DNA of 60,697 bases, the filler included. It is 3 parts of 3 records of this genome, joined end to end, with 100 filler letters (N's around TTAATTAATTAA, not from the genome) between each part and the next. Parts side by side here need not be neighbours in the genome. Positions count along the whole stretch, not along the records: positions 49,922 to 60,697 come from SRR20825006_207; 2 more parts are not named here. The stretch is one strand, 5' to 3'. Positions 58,352 to 60,697 of this stretch are shown one piece after another. How positions within the stretch are numbered: position 1 is the first letter of the stretch; every line of letters starts with the position of its first letter. The position numbers and the translations under genes were made by a program. The notes beneath the pieces were generated by a model. It saw only the letters and a program-made list of their open reading frames with translations, did not search any database and was not told the DNA's origin.

Positions 58352-59503
58352 ATGATAACGATCCAATCGGGGCGGTTGCTGTCCTGGGCGCTGACCGCCG
58401 GGATTATGGTGATTGGCTCGAACTCGTTTGTGCTGAGCCCGATCCTCGGTGATGTCGCACGCGACATGGAAGTTCATCCGGCAATAGTGGCGCGGGCAAT
58501 CTCTGCGTTTGGCGCCGCGACGGCGATCTCGTCACTCATCTATGCGCGCTATGGCGGCGGAGTATCCGTCCGGCGGGTGCTTTCGATGGGTGCGGCGGTG
58601 ATGGCGCTGTGTTTCATCGTCAGTGCCATCAGCGAGACCTGGCATGTATTGGCTGTGGCGCAGGGAGTGGTCGGCCTGGCTGTTGGACAGATGTTGCCGA
58701 CGATCTATGCGGCAGCAACAGCAAGCGCACCGGAAGGGCAGGGAGGCCAAATTCTCGGCAGGGTGATTCGCGGCTGGGCGATCGCGCTCGTTCTCGGGGT
58801 GCCATTCTCGGCATTTGTCTCGGATCTCGCGGGGTGGCGGGCGGTTTATTACGTGCTTGCCGGATTTGCCGGGATCACGGCGGTCGCCTTTACCCGTATA
58901 CCACTGGGCGCGGAACAGGCGGCTGACAGGGTGGCGATCAGCGTGAAGCAGGCGCTCGTCCGGCCAGGGGCTGTGCCTCTGCTTGTCATCTGCCTGCTCT
59001 ATATGACCGCGTTTTACGGTCTCTATCCGTTTCTGGGCGTCCGGCTTGGCGAAACGTTCGGGGCAAGCGCGACGATGTCCGGCTTCGTCGTCCTTGCGTA
59101 CGGCGCCGGGTTCGGGATTGCCAGTACCTGCATGTCCTGGGTGGATCGTGCGGGGCCGGCGCGTGTATTTCCAGGTATTCTCGGCTTTCTCTGTCTCGTC
59201 TATGTGGCGCTTGTGCCGGCCACGACGAACTATCCCGGCGCACTTGCCGCAGGTTTTGTCTGGGGCATGGCAAACCATATCGGCGTGAACCTGATCATCC
59301 TGTTCTTGTCGCGGCGGGGAGATGACGCACGGCCGGTTCTGATGGGGCTGCACACCACAATCACCTACGGCGCAATCTTCCTTGGCCCGTTCGTGTGCGG
59401 CATGCTCTATGCCACGAACGGCTTTCCCGCCGCGTCTTTTGCGGCCGCGGGCTTGCTGGCCGGTGCCGGGCTGGTGGCGTGGACGAAGCGGCACCTGATG
59501 TAG
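58352..59503 (+). CDS. MFS transporter
   Basis: About 12 hydrophobic segments, AGWRAVY and DRAGPARV loop motifs. Confidence 0.85.
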   Translation: MITIQSGRLLSWALTAGIMVIGSNSFVLSPILGDVARDMEVHPAIVARAISAFGAATAISSLIYARYGGGVSVRRVLSMGAAVMALCFIVSAISETWHVLAVAQGVVGLAVGQMLPTIYAAATASAPEGQGGQILGRVIRGWAIALVLGVPFSAFVSDLAGWRAVYYVLAGFAGITAVAFTRIPLGAEQAADRVAISVKQALVRPGAVPLLVICLLYMTAFYGLYPFLGVRLGETFGASATMSGFVVLAYGAGFGIASTCMSWVDRAGPARVFPGILGFLCLVYVALVPATTNYPGALAAGFVWGMANHIGVNLIILFLSRRGDDARPVLMGLHTTITYGAIFLGPFVCGMLYATNGFPAASFAAAGLLAGAGLVAWTKRHLM

Positions 59504-59575
59504 GATGTTTATGCGATTTGATGGACGATCAGTGGAGAGTTTGAACGCACGGTGAGCGGTCGGCAGGATTCTGAA

Positions 59576-59660
59576 TGGTGGCCCCGGAGGGACTCGAACC
59601 CTCACGTCCTAAGACTCGCGATTTTAAGTCGCGTGCGTCTACCAGTTCCGCCACGGGGCC
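59576..59660 (-). tRNA. tRNA-Leu(TAA)
   Basis: Reverse complement GGCCCCGTGGCGGAACTGGTAGACGCACGCGACTTAAAATCGCGAGTCTTAGGACGTGAGGGTTCGAGTCCCTCCGGGGCCACCA: full cloverleaf, long variable arm, encoded CCA. Confidence 0.97.
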
Positions 59661-59779
59661 CGCCGCTTGCCAGACGCGGGATACCTACATTAAGGCGCTC
59701 GCCACGCCAAGCGGTTCTGAACAAGTATCAGGAGGTGCGGGATGGAAGCAGCTGGAGCCAAGAGTTGGTTTTCTGCCAT

Positions 59780-60373
59780 ATGAAACGATCGGTAAGTCGC
59801 ATGATGTTACGTCCCGCTCCGGGCCGTACTCGGGCCAGAAGCGTTTTGGCAAGAGCGGCCTTGGTGTGTTTCTGTTTGTTGTCGATAAGGGCCGAAGCGC
59901 AAAACCATTCTTCATTCGCTTTCATGCCAAGCCAGATTCAAGGCGTCTGGGTGATTGAGGAGGTCGATTTCTCCGGCATAACCGCCGTCACACCAGAGCA
60001 GGCCGAACCTTTCATCGGCGGCCGTATCGAGATCACGAATTCCCATCTGGATGTTTTAGGCTACCGATGCCGCGTTGACCGCTACGCGGCGGAATTGATC
60101 GATAATACAGCTGGCTATTTCGGAGAGCGCTGGTTGTTCTCGAACGACCTCAAGTCCGAGGACCTTCGCAAGGCTCCGGATTTTTATCCCGACTGGCTGA
60201 AAGTTGAGTTGACCTGCGCTGATGAAAGCAGGCCATCGATCGACGAAAAGGATGCGCTTTTCTTCTGCACTGCCGGGGACCCGATGGACGGAAAGGCTTT
60301 CGATTATTTCGGCGGCGAGTTTCTGGTCACCAGTTGTGACGGCCCGAATTATATTATGCGAAGAGTCGAATAG
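59780..60373 (+). CDS. Hypothetical exported protein
   Basis: Hydrophobic stretch ending AEA|Q, then IQGVWVIEEV and four Cys. The start is uncertain (59780, 59801 or later); the ORF-track start at 59552 overlaps the tRNA and is unlikely. Confidence 0.6.
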   Translation: MKRSVSRMMLRPAPGRTRARSVLARAALVCFCLLSIRAEAQNHSSFAFMPSQIQGVWVIEEVDFSGITAVTPEQAEPFIGGRIEITNSHLDVLGYRCRVDRYAAELIDNTAGYFGERWLFSNDLKSEDLRKAPDFYPDWLKVELTCADESRPSIDEKDALFFCTAGDPMDGKAFDYFGGEFLVTSCDGPNYIMRRVE

Positions 60374-60462
60374 ACTGCCGAATCGCCCGATCCCTGGACA
60401 CGCGATGACAAAGCATTTGGATCTGACCCTTTTGCTTGGGGGCGCTGCCCGGTGATGCTTGA

Positions 60463-60477
60463 TGGCGGGAATTATGC
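60463..60477 (+). promoter_or_regulatory. Possible sigma-54 -24/-12 promoter
   Basis: TGGCGGGAATTATGC has correct GG-N10-GC spacing, about 130 nt before the TctC-like start, but only partly matches TGGCAC-N5-TTGC. Confidence 0.3.
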
Positions 60478-60605
60478 CTTGCCTATGCGGAATATATTTT
60501 CCTAACTACTCGGCGCCTTAATCATTCTGCGAGCAACGACTCACGGAACCAAGCGCTGCCTCTTTGGAGGGCGCAAAAACAAATACGACTTAGGGAGTCG
60601 AAACT

Positions 60606-60697
60606 ATGAAACGCACTTTGCTTGGCGCCGTTGCGGCGTTGGCTCTTTCTTCCAGTCTTGCCGTTGCGGACTATCCCGAGCGGGAAGTGCTCGGTGT
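60606..60697 (+). CDS. Probable tripartite tricarboxylate transporter substrate-binding protein (TctC/Bug), N-terminus only
   Basis: Not in the ORF track. AGGGAG RBS, then MKRTLLGAVAALALSSSLAVA|DYPEREVLG; DYPER after the signal peptide is typical of Bug/TctC. Confidence 0.7.
   Translation, partial: MKRTLLGAVAALALSSSLAVADYPEREVLG

Noticed and set aside
58532..59605. 357-aa ORF antisense to the MFS gene
   Set aside because: Arg/His/Pro-rich shadow translation that also overlaps the tRNA.
59552..59779. N-terminal extension of the hypothetical ORF and ORF 59575-59958
   Set aside because: Both read through the antisense strand of tRNA-Leu, a common artefact.

Overview
This window is not one locus. 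It is three unrelated contig pieces joined by two artificial 100-nt linkers (44 N + TTAATTAATTAA + 44 N) at 27430-27529 and 49822-49921. Segment A (1-27429) is AT-rich Bacteroidota DNA (T9SS C-terminal sorting domains, TAnnTTTG promoters; probably Crocinitomicaceae/Fluviicola-like, by inference). It holds the 5' end of uvrB, a Ca/Na antiporter, cystathionine beta-synthase, a BtuF-like binding protein, an acyltransferase, three T9SS cargo genes, a fibre-like protein, folP, a long DUF1599-DoxX-tpiA-prmA-(1538 aa unknown)-plsY-(2209 aa unknown)-clpS run and a truncated tRNA-Arg(ACG). Segment B (27530-49821) is more AT-rich Flavobacteriaceae-like housekeeping DNA: CstB-like MBL-rhodanese, cobB, trmH, rdgB, a DEAD-box helicase, parA-parB-DUF5683-dapB-lepB and acyl-CoA carboxylase genes. 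Segment C (49922-60697) is GC-rich alphaproteobacterial DNA: ntrX-trkA-HAD-hfq-hflX, argC, mazG, an MFS transporter, tRNA-Leu(TAA) and the start of a TctC/Bug-like gene. I found no CRISPR array, transposase, integrase, prophage or recognisable defence system. The best candidates for undescribed biology are all in segment A: two giant exported proteins embedded around plsY, and a coupled pair of a small T9SS cargo protein and a phage-fibre-like protein. A 2H-phosphoesterase lipoprotein, a frameshifted T9SS mini-gene and several structured intergenic elements also deserve a look. All product calls come from motif recognition by eye; no database search was run.
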